From Sulfolobales archaeon (lineage in GTDB: Archaea; Thermoproteota; Thermoprotei_A; Sulfolobales; NBVN01), in contig JAOAKQ010000004.1 of assembly GCA_026419835.1 (NCBI GenBank), forward strand, positions 42,388 to 106,387: a stretch of 64,000 bases of DNA. Reading direction: 5' to 3'. The notes beneath the pieces were generated by a model. It was given only the letters and a program-made list of their open reading frames with translations. It was not told the origin of the DNA and did not search any database. The position numbers were made by a program, and so were the translations under genes. Positions 36,773 through 46,627 of this stretch are shown piece after piece; the first letter of the stretch is position 1; each line of letters begins with the position of its first letter.

Positions 36773-37543
36773 GTGTTGCTGAGCGTAGATTGGGGAGCGG
36801 TAGTTGGCTTGTTTGGAGGCTACATAGTTAGAGTTGTTCAAGCAGCTATAGTGGTGCTAGTAGCTTACGTAGTAGTTAAGTACGTTGGTAAAGCCGTTTC
36901 ACTTATCTTTAAAGTCGAGGAGCACGAGTTTCTCGAGAGGTTCGTGATGTTCTTTAAAGCCGTGGTATACGCGATAGCTATACTAATGGCTATAAGCTTC
37001 ATAGCCGCAGAGCCCCAGGTTTTCGTAGCACTTCTTCTAGTAGTTGGATTGGGGGTCGTAGCAATGTTCTCAGACGTTCTGAGGAACGTAGGGTCAGAGC
37101 TCTACGTAAGAAACATGAGGATATTTAAAGAAGGCGACTGGGTGGAAATCGACGGTATTCAGGGGAGGGTATCTAGAATGAATTCTCTCGGGGTAGTTCT
37201 AGAAACACTTAGAAGAGAGAGAGTTTACGTACCGTACACTAAGATATCTCACACAACGGTCGTAAATAGAATGAGTACCTACGGGTTATCGCTGAGACTC
37301 AGAGTTAAGGTTCCGAAAACCTACGACATAGCTAAAGCTCGGGAGCTAGTCGCATCATCTCTTCTGAGCGTAAGAGAGGACCTGATCGCGGAGCCCTCGG
37401 TAAGTCTGAGATCCATAACCGAATCTTCGTACGTGTTCGACGTTGTTGTAGACATCATGAACGTAGGTAAGGTCGAGAAGGTCTGCGAGAAGGTGGTTGC
37501 TGAGCTTAAAGCTAGAGACCCGGGTATTGACGTAGAGTTCTAG
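36773..37543 (+). CDS. MscS-family mechanosensitive channel
   Basis: TM helices followed by FKEGDWVEIDGIQGRVSRMNSLGVVLETLRRERVYVPYTKISHTTVVNR. Confidence 0.75.
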   Translation: MLLSVDWGAVVGLFGGYIVRVVQAAIVVLVAYVVVKYVGKAVSLIFKVEEHEFLERFVMFFKAVVYAIAILMAISFIAAEPQVFVALLLVVGLGVVAMFSDVLRNVGSELYVRNMRIFKEGDWVEIDGIQGRVSRMNSLGVVLETLRRERVYVPYTKISHTTVVNRMSTYGLSLRLRVKVPKTYDIAKARELVASSLLSVREDLIAEPSVSLRSITESSYVFDVVVDIMNVGKVEKVCEKVVAELKARDPGIDVEF

Positions 37544-37562
37544 CCCATCGGTGTTCTGCTAG

Positions 37563-38783
37563 TTGTTAACCGAGAGAGAAAGAGCTAGGGTTTTGAGTAT
37601 CTGGAAAGCTGAGTCAGCTACCTACAGCTTCTCAGTGAACATCTCGGTTACTATGTCTCAAGCGTACGCAATTAAACTACTCAACTTCGACCTAGACCTA
37701 CTCGGAACCATGGTCCTCATTCACTTGAGTTCCGTTGGCTTCGGCTTCTTTCTTGGCTCTATCCTAGTCCCAGCCTATAGGACTAGGAGGATCCTGTTCT
37801 GGAAGGTCTTCGGTATTTCGAATAGGTGCCTGTGGCCCCTGCTCGGCTTCTCCCACCTACTGCCGGATCGGTACAGGGTTAGTGCTTTTCTAGCTGGTAT
37901 TGCCGTCGCTCAGCTCTCGGGGTCTATAGCTGGTGTTGCTTCTGGTGATGTAGGTGCCGATCTCGTCGGTAGGGAGGGGGCTGTGAAGTTCTTTAGCTCG
38001 ATCAACTCTCTAAATATGGTTGCTAACGCTCTCGGACTAGCCGCAGCTACAGCTTTCTTCAGCTTTCTACCCGAGAGAGAAAGCTACGCAGCTTCCTACT
38101 TAGTGGCTCTGAGCTCATCAACCGCGTCCTCAGTTCTTCTACTAATGCTTAAAGACCTAAGTCCCTCGGTACCTAGTAGGTCTCCGAGGGAGATAGTCGC
38201 AGATTTCTCCAGTGTAGTTAGGAGTGGTGAGTACTCTTCGTACATTGCGGTCGTAACCGTCTTCACCTTCATAGTCAACCTACCCGGCGCGCTGTGGAAC
38301 TACTACCTACTGAACTTTCTAGGTGGTGATGAGAGGTGGATAGCTATCAAGGCTGTTACCGCTAATCTAAGTCAGTCCCTAGGTTTTAGAGTTTGGAGTA
38401 TGTTGTCGAGGAAGGTCGGGTTGAAGAAAACTCTGTACCTAGGTATGGCACTCACATCGCCAATACCTACGGCATTCACACTACTACCAAGTCTGGTAGG
38501 TCAGGTGCTTCTAGAGATGTACTCGGGTTTCGTCTGGGCTGCGTACAACTTAGCTAACAACATATACACTCTCTACTTACCGAGGAGAGCTTCCAGAGCT
38601 TACTTCATAGCTTTAATAAACCTCTCATCCAATGTACTGGCTTCAGCTGCTTCTAGAGCTGGAGCTTCAGCGGCCTCCGTAAGCTTAGCGATAATGAATA
38701 TCGTATTCTACGCTTCAACTATAGGTAGGGTAGTGGCGGCTTTCGCAGCGAAGAAACTAGCTCAAGAAGTACCCGTAGTCTAA
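37563..38783 (+). CDS. polytopic membrane protein, MFS-like
   Basis: About 10-12 hydrophobic segments. No firm motif. Confidence 0.4.
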   Translation: MLTERERARVLSIWKAESATYSFSVNISVTMSQAYAIKLLNFDLDLLGTMVLIHLSSVGFGFFLGSILVPAYRTRRILFWKVFGISNRCLWPLLGFSHLLPDRYRVSAFLAGIAVAQLSGSIAGVASGDVGADLVGREGAVKFFSSINSLNMVANALGLAAATAFFSFLPERESYAASYLVALSSSTASSVLLLMLKDLSPSVPSRSPREIVADFSSVVRSGEYSSYIAVVTVFTFIVNLPGALWNYYLLNFLGGDERWIAIKAVTANLSQSLGFRVWSMLSRKVGLKKTLYLGMALTSPIPTAFTLLPSLVGQVLLEMYSGFVWAAYNLANNIYTLYLPRRASRAYFIALINLSSNVLASAASRAGASAASVSLAIMNIVFYASTIGRVVAAFAAKKLAQEVPVV

Positions 38784-38905
38784 GCAACTCTACGGGTAGG
38801 TTACCTTCAATACATAATACTCACAGATACCGCACGGTGTTCTAGGAGTTTACGATTTAAATACCCCACACTACACGATCTACTTGAAGACGGGTTCGAC
38901 AACCC

Positions 38906-39397
38906 ATGGGTAGGAAGTCGGATAAGTTCGCATTCGTAAACTTCGGGTCCATCTGCTCGAACTGTTCTGAAAACTGCTGCCGCCGGTTCTACGCAGTCCT
39001 CCTCCCGGAGGAAGAGGAGGACTTCAGAGAGCGCAGTTTCGAACTTAAAACGGAGCTTGGGTGTGTAAGAGCTATAGGTGCGAGAAGTGGGGCTCCGTGC
39101 CCCTACCTAGATGAGGCAGGGATGTGCTCCATATACCCGAAGAGACCTCTAGACTGCAGACTGTGGCCAGTAATGGTGTACTACGACTTCGAAACGGGAG
39201 ATAGAGTCGTGTACCTGGACCTAGACTGCCCAGCCGTCTCTTCAGGAAGAATACCTCGAGATCTGATAGAAAGCATAGTCAGTAAGATCAGGGAGCTAGA
39301 TACAGATGAGGAGTGGTTAAAGAAGTACACTCTAGCCCCCTGGCCCAACCACCTCATCGAGATAGTGAGACTTAGAAACAGCGGCGCGGTCCATTAG
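38906..39397 (+). CDS. YkgJ/UPF0153 cysteine-cluster protein (CxxCxxCC)
   Basis: CSNCSENCCRRF plus downstream CPYL...C...DCRLWP. Confidence 0.6.
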   Translation: MGRKSDKFAFVNFGSICSNCSENCCRRFYAVLLPEEEEDFRERSFELKTELGCVRAIGARSGAPCPYLDEAGMCSIYPKRPLDCRLWPVMVYYDFETGDRVVYLDLDCPAVSSGRIPRDLIESIVSKIRELDTDEEWLKKYTLAPWPNHLIEIVRLRNSGAVH

Positions 39398-39733
39398 GAA
39401 CTGCGGTAACTTGACTGGGGAGTTCCAAGCACCAGCGTAGATCGCCGAGTTTAGCTGCAGAATCGGTGATGGATGCGGTGGTGCCAACTCTCACTGAGGA
39501 ACTAGTCTCTCCGCGCGCAACACTGCGACTGCGGGAAGGTAGTTAGAGTTTTTCGTTATCAGATACCTAAGCTTTCAAATAAGCGCGGAGATCGACTCCG
39601 AGAGCTACCTAGTATACCTAGTGCTGAAACGTGAGGTTTGGTAGGAATGTAGAACTCCATACAGAATCTCTGCTTACGCTAAATAGTGGACCGCTGGCCT
39701 AGCTAGTGGTGGTGAACGGATCTGAATGCTAGG

Positions 39734-40600
39734 TTGGCGGATGCTATTGAGCGAGCCGCGGTGGAAGCTATTAGGAGAGCCGTTATATACCTACCTCCGG
39801 ACGTTAAGATGGCCTTGATCAAGGCGTATGAAAGAGAGGAGAATGACGTAGCTAGAGCTCAGCTTAAGTCCATACTAGACAATATAGAGCTAGCTGAAAA
39901 GATGGCGCGGCCGATGTGTCAGGATACCGGGATGATCACCTTCTACGTAGATGTAGGTTACGATTTCCCGGGTGCGCGGTACGTTAGAGATTCCCTCGTA
40001 AACTCCGCTAGGGTGGCGACACAGAGCGTTCCCCTAAGACCCAACAGCGTCCACCCCTTCAAAAACGTCAATACTGGAGATAACACGGGGAGGTACTCCC
40101 CTCAGATTCACTGGGAGTTGGTCCCCGGAGACAGCCTCAAGTTCACGGTAGTACCCAGAGGGGGTGGCTCAGAGTATCCGACAGCTCTACACATGGTGCC
40201 CCCTGGGAGAGGTCTCGACGTACTTAGGGAGGTGGTCCTCGAGTCCGTGCTTCGGGCGGGTGCTATGCCCTGTCCACCTACGATTGTTGGTGTAGGTGTT
40301 GGTGGAAGTGTTGAGACAGCGGTTTTTATCGCAAAGAAGGCAGCTGCACTGAGAAAGGTAGGTACGCTAAACGAGGATCCGGAGCTAGCGGTACTGGAGA
40401 GAGAGCTTACTGAGGCTATCAACGAGTTAGGTATAGGGGTAATGGGCCTTGGCGGGAAGACTACGGTTCTAGCCGTTCACATAGACTACGCTCACAGACA
40501 TCCAGCGACATACCCAGTGGCTGTAGTGTTTCAGTGCTGGGCCGCTAGACGCGCTACAGCTATAGTAGAGCCTGGTGGGGACTTCCAAATACTTCAGTAG
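39734..40600 (+). CDS. class I (Fe-S) fumarate hydratase, alpha subunit
   Basis: PMCQDTGM, VPRGGGSE, GVGVGGS. Confidence 0.9.
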   Translation: MADAIERAAVEAIRRAVIYLPPDVKMALIKAYEREENDVARAQLKSILDNIELAEKMARPMCQDTGMITFYVDVGYDFPGARYVRDSLVNSARVATQSVPLRPNSVHPFKNVNTGDNTGRYSPQIHWELVPGDSLKFTVVPRGGGSEYPTALHMVPPGRGLDVLREVVLESVLRAGAMPCPPTIVGVGVGGSVETAVFIAKKAAALRKVGTLNEDPELAVLERELTEAINELGIGVMGLGGKTTVLAVHIDYAHRHPATYPVAVVFQCWAARRATAIVEPGGDFQILQ

Positions 40601-40608
40601 GGTGGTCC

Positions 40609-41211
40609 ATGGCTGCGTACAATTTCAGAACCCCCCTGAGAGAAGAAGACGTGAGAACTCTAAGAGTTGGTGACATAATCTACCTAAGTGGAATTATCGT
40701 GACGGCTAGAGACGCAGCTCATAGAAGAATTGTTGAGTATCTGAGAGCTGGCAAGCCGCTGCCCGTAGATCTCAAGGGAGGCGCTATATACCACTGCGGA
40801 CCGGTCGTAGTAAGAAGGGGTGATGCGTGGAAAGTGCTCTCAGCTGGACCTACAACAAGTACTCGACTAGAACTATACGAACCTGAGGTAATAGAGAAAA
40901 CTGGCTTGAGGTTAATTGTAGGTAAGGGCGGGATGGGTCCTAAAACGGCTGAGGCGTGCTCTAAGTACGGAGCTATCTACGCGGTATATACGGGAGGGGC
41001 CGCCGTACTTGCCGCTCAAGCGGTTAGGGAGGTTGTTGGAGTAGAGTGGCTAGATCTCGGAATACCGGAAGCTCTGTGGATCCTCGAAGTAGAGAACTTC
41101 GGACCCTTAGTAGTTACTATAGATACGGCGGGAAGAAACTACATAGAGGAGGTAGTAAAGAAAGCTGAAGAGAAACTGAAGTCTCTTAAAGCATCTCTCA
41201 GTCGGCAGTAG
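40609..41211 (+). CDS. class I fumarate hydratase, beta subunit
   Basis: GIIVTARDAAHRR, YHCGP, GKGGMG. Confidence 0.9.
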   Translation: MAAYNFRTPLREEDVRTLRVGDIIYLSGIIVTARDAAHRRIVEYLRAGKPLPVDLKGGAIYHCGPVVVRRGDAWKVLSAGPTTSTRLELYEPEVIEKTGLRLIVGKGGMGPKTAEACSKYGAIYAVYTGGAAVLAAQAVREVVGVEWLDLGIPEALWILEVENFGPLVVTIDTAGRNYIEEVVKKAEEKLKSLKASLSRQ

Positions 41212-41425
41212 ACTACTTCAGTCTTTTTCTACTGATCCAGATGCGTATCAGAGTCCGCACTATTTGAGTTCTAAGCTCTAGTATGGACGGTCTACACTAG
41301 CCTAGACACACTAACTAGCGTAGAGTCATTCACACAGCACTTAACTGCTTGAGAGAACGAGCTGACGAGCTTCCCTAGGTTTTCAAAACTTCAATTAACC
41401 GTTTTTCACTTCTAGACAGTAAGTC

Positions 41426-42781
41426 TTGGTGAGATCTGTGAGCAAAGAGAAGAGCGTAAACTGGTTTGAGATCTCGCTAGACCTCCACCTCAAGTATGGG
41501 GGGAAGATCGAGGTCATGCCTAAAATTCCTGTAACGCGATTAGAGGACTTCTCCGTTTGGTACACTCCCGGTGTTGCCGCTCCATCTAGGAGGATATACG
41601 AGGGCGGTAGGGATCTTTCGTTCGACTACACCCTCAGGTGGAACTACGCCGCTGTGATTAGCGACGGTACTAGAGTTCTAGGTCTAGGGAGCGTGGGTCC
41701 TGAAGCGGCCATCCCGGTTATGGAGGGCAAGTCCCTGCTCTTCAAGTACTTGGGTGGTGTGGACGCTATTCCGCTAGTGGTCGGTGAGCGCGATCCCGAT
41801 AAGTTCATCTACGTAGTGAAAGCCCTAGAACCGAGCTTCGGGGCGATCAACCTGGAGGACATCGAGTCGCCGAAGTGCTTCTACATACTGGAGAGACTGC
41901 AGGAGATTCTCGAAATACCGGTATGGCACGACGACCAGCAGGGTACGGCTCTAGTTAATGTAGCCGCCCTCGTTAACGCGCTGAAGCTAGTGGGTAAGAG
42001 GGTAGGTGATGTCAAGATAGTTCTCGTGGGTGCTGGAGCGGCTAACATAGCTCTATACAAGTACTTGAAGGTGATCGGCGCTAGACCTGGGAACGTAGTT
42101 GTCGTCGACAGTAAGGGGGTGCTGCACAGGGGTAGACCTGACTTAGATAGGATGAGGACTGAGAACCCCTGGAAGTACTCGATAGCTATTGAGAGCAACG
42201 CGGAGGGGGTCACCGGGGGCATTAGGGAGGCTATGAGGGGCTCCGACGTAGTCGTAGCCGCATCAACACCCGGCCCCGGTATTATAAAGAAGGAGTGGGT
42301 CTCGGAGATGAACGAGGGCGCCGTAGTCTTCGCTGAGGCCAACCCGGTACCGGAGATATGGCCTTGGGAAGCCAAGGAGGGTGGTGCTAGGATAGTAGCT
42401 ACGGGGAGGTCCGACTTCCCCAATCAGATAAACAACAGCCTAGGCTTCCCAGCCGTGTTCAGGGGCGTGCTAACGGTTAGAGCTAGGAAGATGGTTGACG
42501 AGATGTTCGTTGCCGCTGCCTACGCGCTGGCATCCTACGCGGAGGAGAGGGGTATTCACGAAGAGTACATAGTTCCCAGAATGGATGAGGAAGAAGCGTA
42601 CGTGAGGGAAGCGGTGGCCGTAGCTGAGAAAGCTATGGAGCTAGGTCTAGCTCGCAGAACTATGAGTAGAAGTGAGCTAGAAGGAGAGGTTCGGGAACTC
42701 ATAGAGCGTCCGAAGAAGTTTATGAGGTTAGCACTAGGTAGTGGGTTAATTAAGGTGCACCCGCCTTTCGGGCAGTGGTAG
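41426..42781 (+). CDS. NAD(P)-dependent malic enzyme
   Basis: WYTPGVA, VISDGTRVLGLG, PVMEGKSLLFK, INLEDI, HDDQQGTA, GAGAA. Confidence 0.9.
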   Translation: MVRSVSKEKSVNWFEISLDLHLKYGGKIEVMPKIPVTRLEDFSVWYTPGVAAPSRRIYEGGRDLSFDYTLRWNYAAVISDGTRVLGLGSVGPEAAIPVMEGKSLLFKYLGGVDAIPLVVGERDPDKFIYVVKALEPSFGAINLEDIESPKCFYILERLQEILEIPVWHDDQQGTALVNVAALVNALKLVGKRVGDVKIVLVGAGAANIALYKYLKVIGARPGNVVVVDSKGVLHRGRPDLDRMRTENPWKYSIAIESNAEGVTGGIREAMRGSDVVVAASTPGPGIIKKEWVSEMNEGAVVFAEANPVPEIWPWEAKEGGARIVATGRSDFPNQINNSLGFPAVFRGVLTVRARKMVDEMFVAAAYALASYAEERGIHEEYIVPRMDEEEAYVREAVAVAEKAMELGLARRTMSRSELEGEVRELIERPKKFMRLALGSGLIKVHPPFGQW

Positions 42782-42953
42782 AATGAGGCATAGGCCTATA
42801 TACTAGGTGCTTTTTCTCTACGCATGGACCCTCCTTCTACTACGCTCGGCGGTACTGCCTAGCTCGGGCTAGTCTCGGCCTTCTTTTAGATATCGGTGGT
42901 GGACGCCCTGATCGCTGATATACTCTCTTGAATATGACTATGCGGGTGGTTAC

Positions 42954-44300
42954 GTGAGTGAGCACGGCTCAGTGTGTCCTCTAGACTGGAGATACGGCTC
43001 GGAAGAGATGAGGAAGCTCTTCAGAGTAGATAGCTTAGTCAGAAGGTACGTCGAGGTCGAGGTAGCTATTATGGCCGGTTTGGAGAAGGCCGGTCTTGCA
43101 CCTAGTGGGTGTGCCGAAGTTCTGCGAAAGTGCTCCGAGGACTTGGCGGCGGGCGAGGTCTACAGCGGAGAAGCTGTTTTAGGTCACGATATAGCGGCTC
43201 TAGCGTACGCGCTCGGGGAGAGATGCGGTGAGTGCGGTAGGTACGTCCATCTAGGAGCCACTAGCTACGACGTCGTCGATACTGCGTGGGCTCTCACGAT
43301 TAGAGACGCGCTGGATCTAGTTAAGAAGAAGTTGAGGACAGTCATCGAGGGTCTATCTAAGCTAGCGGTAGAGCACAGGGATACTCTAATGGCTGGGAGG
43401 ACCCACGGACAGCACGCACTACCGATAACCGCCGGGTTTAAGTTCGCTAACTACGTCTACGAGCTTTCGAGAAGCTACGAGAGGCTCTGCGAGCTGGAGA
43501 AGAGGGTCGTGAAGTCCAAGATCTCCGGTGCTGTGGGCACTATGGCTGGGTGGCTCGGTAGGGGGCTGGTAGTTCAGGGAGCTGCCTCCGAGTACCTGAA
43601 GCTGGAGCCCCACCCGATAACTACTCAGGTAGCTCCTAGAGATGGGTTCGCCGAGCTAGTGCTAGACCTAGCTATACTGGCCTCCCAGCTGGATAGGTTC
43701 GCACTGGAGATCCGGGAGCTTTCGAGAAATGAGATCGGGGAGATGTACGAAGCCGCGGCTAGGGTGGGCAGTAGCGCCATGCCCCACAAGAGAAACCCGG
43801 TTACCGCTGAGAGGATCTCGGGGTTAGCTAAGGTGGTTAGGTCTCTAACAATAGCCCCGCTCGAGAACGTACCCCTCATGCACGAGAGGGACCTAACGAA
43901 CAGCAGCAGTGAAAGAGTAGTCCTACCGCACGCACTCCTAGTCGTAGACCAGATGCTGGAGGATACTCTGAGACTTCTAAGAGTTCTCGCCGTAGATAGA
44001 GAAGCTATGAGGAGAAACATCGAGCTCTCGAAGGAGGAGATGCTGACTGAAGCTATGGTAGTGAAGCTAACTCTCAAGGGAGTACCGAGGCACGAAGCTC
44101 ACAGAGTGCTGGTTGAGCTAGTCAGATCTAGAAGACCCGGCGAGAGCCTCGTGGACTTAGTACTGGAGCACGAGCTACTATCGAAGTACTTAACGCTCGA
44201 GGAAATCTCGGAGGTCCTGGACCCAGCTAAGTACCTCGGAAACTACTCCGAGCTAATAGATAGAGCGCTAGAGTACGCTAAGAACGCCACTAAGTGCTAA
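42954..44300 (+). CDS. purB: adenylosuccinate lyase
   Basis: HLGATSYDVVDTA, GRTHGQHA, GSSAMPHKRNP. Confidence 0.9.
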   Translation: MSEHGSVCPLDWRYGSEEMRKLFRVDSLVRRYVEVEVAIMAGLEKAGLAPSGCAEVLRKCSEDLAAGEVYSGEAVLGHDIAALAYALGERCGECGRYVHLGATSYDVVDTAWALTIRDALDLVKKKLRTVIEGLSKLAVEHRDTLMAGRTHGQHALPITAGFKFANYVYELSRSYERLCELEKRVVKSKISGAVGTMAGWLGRGLVVQGAASEYLKLEPHPITTQVAPRDGFAELVLDLAILASQLDRFALEIRELSRNEIGEMYEAAARVGSSAMPHKRNPVTAERISGLAKVVRSLTIAPLENVPLMHERDLTNSSSERVVLPHALLVVDQMLEDTLRLLRVLAVDREAMRRNIELSKEEMLTEAMVVKLTLKGVPRHEAHRVLVELVRSRRPGESLVDLVLEHELLSKYLTLEEISEVLDPAKYLGNYSELIDRALEYAKNATKC

Positions 44301-44353
44301 GCGCGGCCGCACCGCTAGCTTAAGGCACTGAAAGCCAGTGCTGGCATTACGTG

Positions 44354-44375
44354 AGGTTTAGACAAGTCTAAACCT
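44354..44375. promoter_or_regulatory. perfect 22-bp palindrome (AGGTTTAGAC AA GTCTAAACCT) abutting a TTATTTT box upstream of feoB
   Basis: 10-bp arms read directly from the sequence. The half-site resembles the DtxR/IdeR box half TTAGGTTAG. It could also be a purB terminator hairpin. Confidence 0.4.
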
Positions 44376-44478
44376 TATTTTCCCGGGAAAGCACCTAGAG
44401 TGGTGGGCAAGCTCGCGCGGCCACCGCCACTCGCTCCCGGAGAGCGCTAGAGACCGGTGCGATATTACCGTAGCTGTC

Positions 44479-46542
44479 GTGGGTCAGCCGTCCACTGGTA
44501 AGTCTACTTTCTTTACCTACATCACCGGTAAGGTCGAGCGAGTGGCTAGCTGGCCGGGGACTACGGTTGAGCGGAGAGTGGCTAGCGTAGAGTACGGTGA
44601 TGCGAGGATTTGCTTAGTCGACCTCCCGGGTATCTACGGACTTACCGCGAGCTCTCCGGAGGAGTTAGTTACTAAGAAGTTCCTCCTGAGCGGTTCCTAC
44701 GACCTGGTCCTAGCACTGGTGGATCCTCTCGTAATAGAGAGGTCGATCTACCTACCTCTTCAGCTAGTTGAGATGGGTGTTAAGCTAGTTGTAGCTGTCA
44801 CTAAGTGGGATGTAGTCCACAAGTCTGGCCTGCACGTAGACGTAGGTAAGGCATCCAGCAGACTCGGCGTGCCGGTAGTTCCGATATCCTCCATATCTGG
44901 TGAGGGCATCGACACGCTACTCTCAACAATAGTTGAAGAATCGAAGAGGAGGAGTAGTGCCGCGCCGGGTCGGTTCGTAGAGTACGGACCTCTAGAAGCC
45001 TACGTAGAGAAGCTGGCTTCCAGAACCCGGTCCTTTAAGAACCCCTTGCTACCGCACCGCTGGGTAGCCCTCAGACTACTGGAGGGAGACGAAGACGTTG
45101 CTGAGCTCCTAGAAGAGCGCGATGCGGTTGAGTACGCGAAGAACTTGAGGGAGGAGTTCAGGAAGGTCTACGGGGTCTACCCGGAGGACCTAGCGGTATA
45201 CGCTAGGTATAGAAAGGCTTCGGAAGTTCTGGAGAGTGCCGTCGTTAGGGTTTCTATAGGAAGGCGGGGTAAGTTCGTAGAGCGTTTTGACAGGATCTTC
45301 GTGAGCCCAGCGCTAGGACCTATCGCTTCACTACTCACACTGTTCTCGATATTCCTAGTGGCGTTCACAGTAAACACGGGCTTCCCGCTGAACCTAGTCC
45401 TGAGGACCGCCGGGCTGGACTCGGCGGCCGCCCTACTGGAGGAGTACAGCCTCTCGGGACTTCTGGGGCTCGCGTTCACGACCCTGGGGAGCGCCGTCGA
45501 GGAGTTCCTGAGTAGCTACAGCACGGTACTAGCGGCAGTCGTAGCGGATGGTGTTATAGCTAGCGTGGGCTTCGTACTGAGCTTCGCACCCCTAATACTG
45601 GTAGTTTCACTACTGATCTCAGTACTTGAAGATAGCGGTATCGGTCCTAGAATGGCTCACTCGCTCCACAGATTCCTCTCGACCTTCGGTCTCTCCGGTA
45701 GGTCCCTGTACCCGCTAGTACTAGGCTTCGGCTGCAGTGTGCCGGCCGTAATGCAGAGTAGGGTGGCTCTAGATAGATACGAAAGACTTCAGGTAATTGC
45801 TTCAGCTCCCTACGTAATCTGCCAGGCGAGGCTGGCCGTCTTGATGTACTTCACTCAGTACGTCTTCCCGGGTCGGCCACTACTTCAATCCGCTCTAATG
45901 CTGTCTCTGTACGTAGTATCCGTAGTCCTATTCCTAGCGACATCGAGCGTACTCAGGTCTCTAGTGTTCAAAGTTAGGGAGAGACCCGAGTTCTTAATGG
46001 AGATACCGCCCCTTCACAGGCCTAGCGCTAGGGTTGTCTGGTGGAACTCCTGGATCAGGGTCGGCCACTTCCTAGCTAAAGCTGGGACGACAATATTCGC
46101 TATGGTCTTAGCGAGCTGGCTGCTGGTCAGCCTAGGTCCCGAAGGATTCGTAGAAGATACTTCGAAGTCCTACGCAGCTACAGTAGGCACGGCATTCGGG
46201 AGATTCGCTGAGGTGGCTTACGGGGTAGACCCTTCTTCTTCGTGGAAGGTTGGGTACGCGATCTTCTACGGAGCTCTCGCTAAGGAGGGACTCATAACCT
46301 CGATCGCCATGCTATCAGCCGTTGAGGAAGCTGAAGCTCTCGAAGTTCTGAACCTCTCACTACCTCAAGCCGTGAGCTTGCTGTTCTTCTTCATGTTCTA
46401 CATACCGTGCCTCCCAACTATCGGAGTCATCTACCAGGAAAGTGGTAGTGCTAGATACGCTCTAGCACTATCGATGTACTTCATAGTGGTGTCTCTAGCG
46501 ATCTCGGTACTTATCTACTACACTCTAACAGCACTCGCGTAG
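44479..46542 (+). CDS. feoB: ferrous iron transporter FeoB (true start probably upstream of 44479)
   Basis: GQPSTGKST (G1), DLPG, TKWD, followed by a polytopic permease domain. The in-frame upstream codons encode DITVAVV, the expected beta-1 strand. Confidence 0.85.
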   Translation: MGQPSTGKSTFFTYITGKVERVASWPGTTVERRVASVEYGDARICLVDLPGIYGLTASSPEELVTKKFLLSGSYDLVLALVDPLVIERSIYLPLQLVEMGVKLVVAVTKWDVVHKSGLHVDVGKASSRLGVPVVPISSISGEGIDTLLSTIVEESKRRSSAAPGRFVEYGPLEAYVEKLASRTRSFKNPLLPHRWVALRLLEGDEDVAELLEERDAVEYAKNLREEFRKVYGVYPEDLAVYARYRKASEVLESAVVRVSIGRRGKFVERFDRIFVSPALGPIASLLTLFSIFLVAFTVNTGFPLNLVLRTAGLDSAAALLEEYSLSGLLGLAFTTLGSAVEEFLSSYSTVLAAVVADGVIASVGFVLSFAPLILVVSLLISVLEDSGIGPRMAHSLHRFLSTFGLSGRSLYPLVLGFGCSVPAVMQSRVALDRYERLQVIASAPYVICQARLAVLMYFTQYVFPGRPLLQSALMLSLYVVSVVLFLATSSVLRSLVFKVRERPEFLMEIPPLHRPSARVVWWNSWIRVGHFLAKAGTTIFAMVLASWLLVSLGPEGFVEDTSKSYAATVGTAFGRFAEVAYGVDPSSSWKVGYAIFYGALAKEGLITSIAMLSAVEEAEALEVLNLSLPQAVSLLFFFMFYIPCLPTIGVIYQESGSARYALALSMYFIVVSLAISVLIYYTLTALA

Positions 46543-46578
46543 CAAGCGCAGCGGGAGCTGCGCGTGGGTTCTAGAACT

Positions 46579-46627
46579 TCAGACTATCAACCCGTCTTCA
46601 CGAGTCCGACTACGTCGGCTTCATCAC
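46579..46627 (-). ncRNA. candidate C/D-box sRNA (best architecture of the four)
   Basis: The minus strand reads GTGATGA(C) - 12 nt - CGGA(D') - 3 nt - GTGAAGA(C') - 12 nt - CTGA(D). A flanking 6-bp terminal stem is TTCTAG/CTAGAA (46631-46636 / 46570-46576 region). Confidence 0.65.

Noticed and set aside
39470-39520. GTGATGG ... CTGA pair in the 336-nt gap upstream of the fumarase genes
   Set aside because: The boxes are 21 nt apart with no D' or C' pair. This does not fit C/D sRNA architecture.
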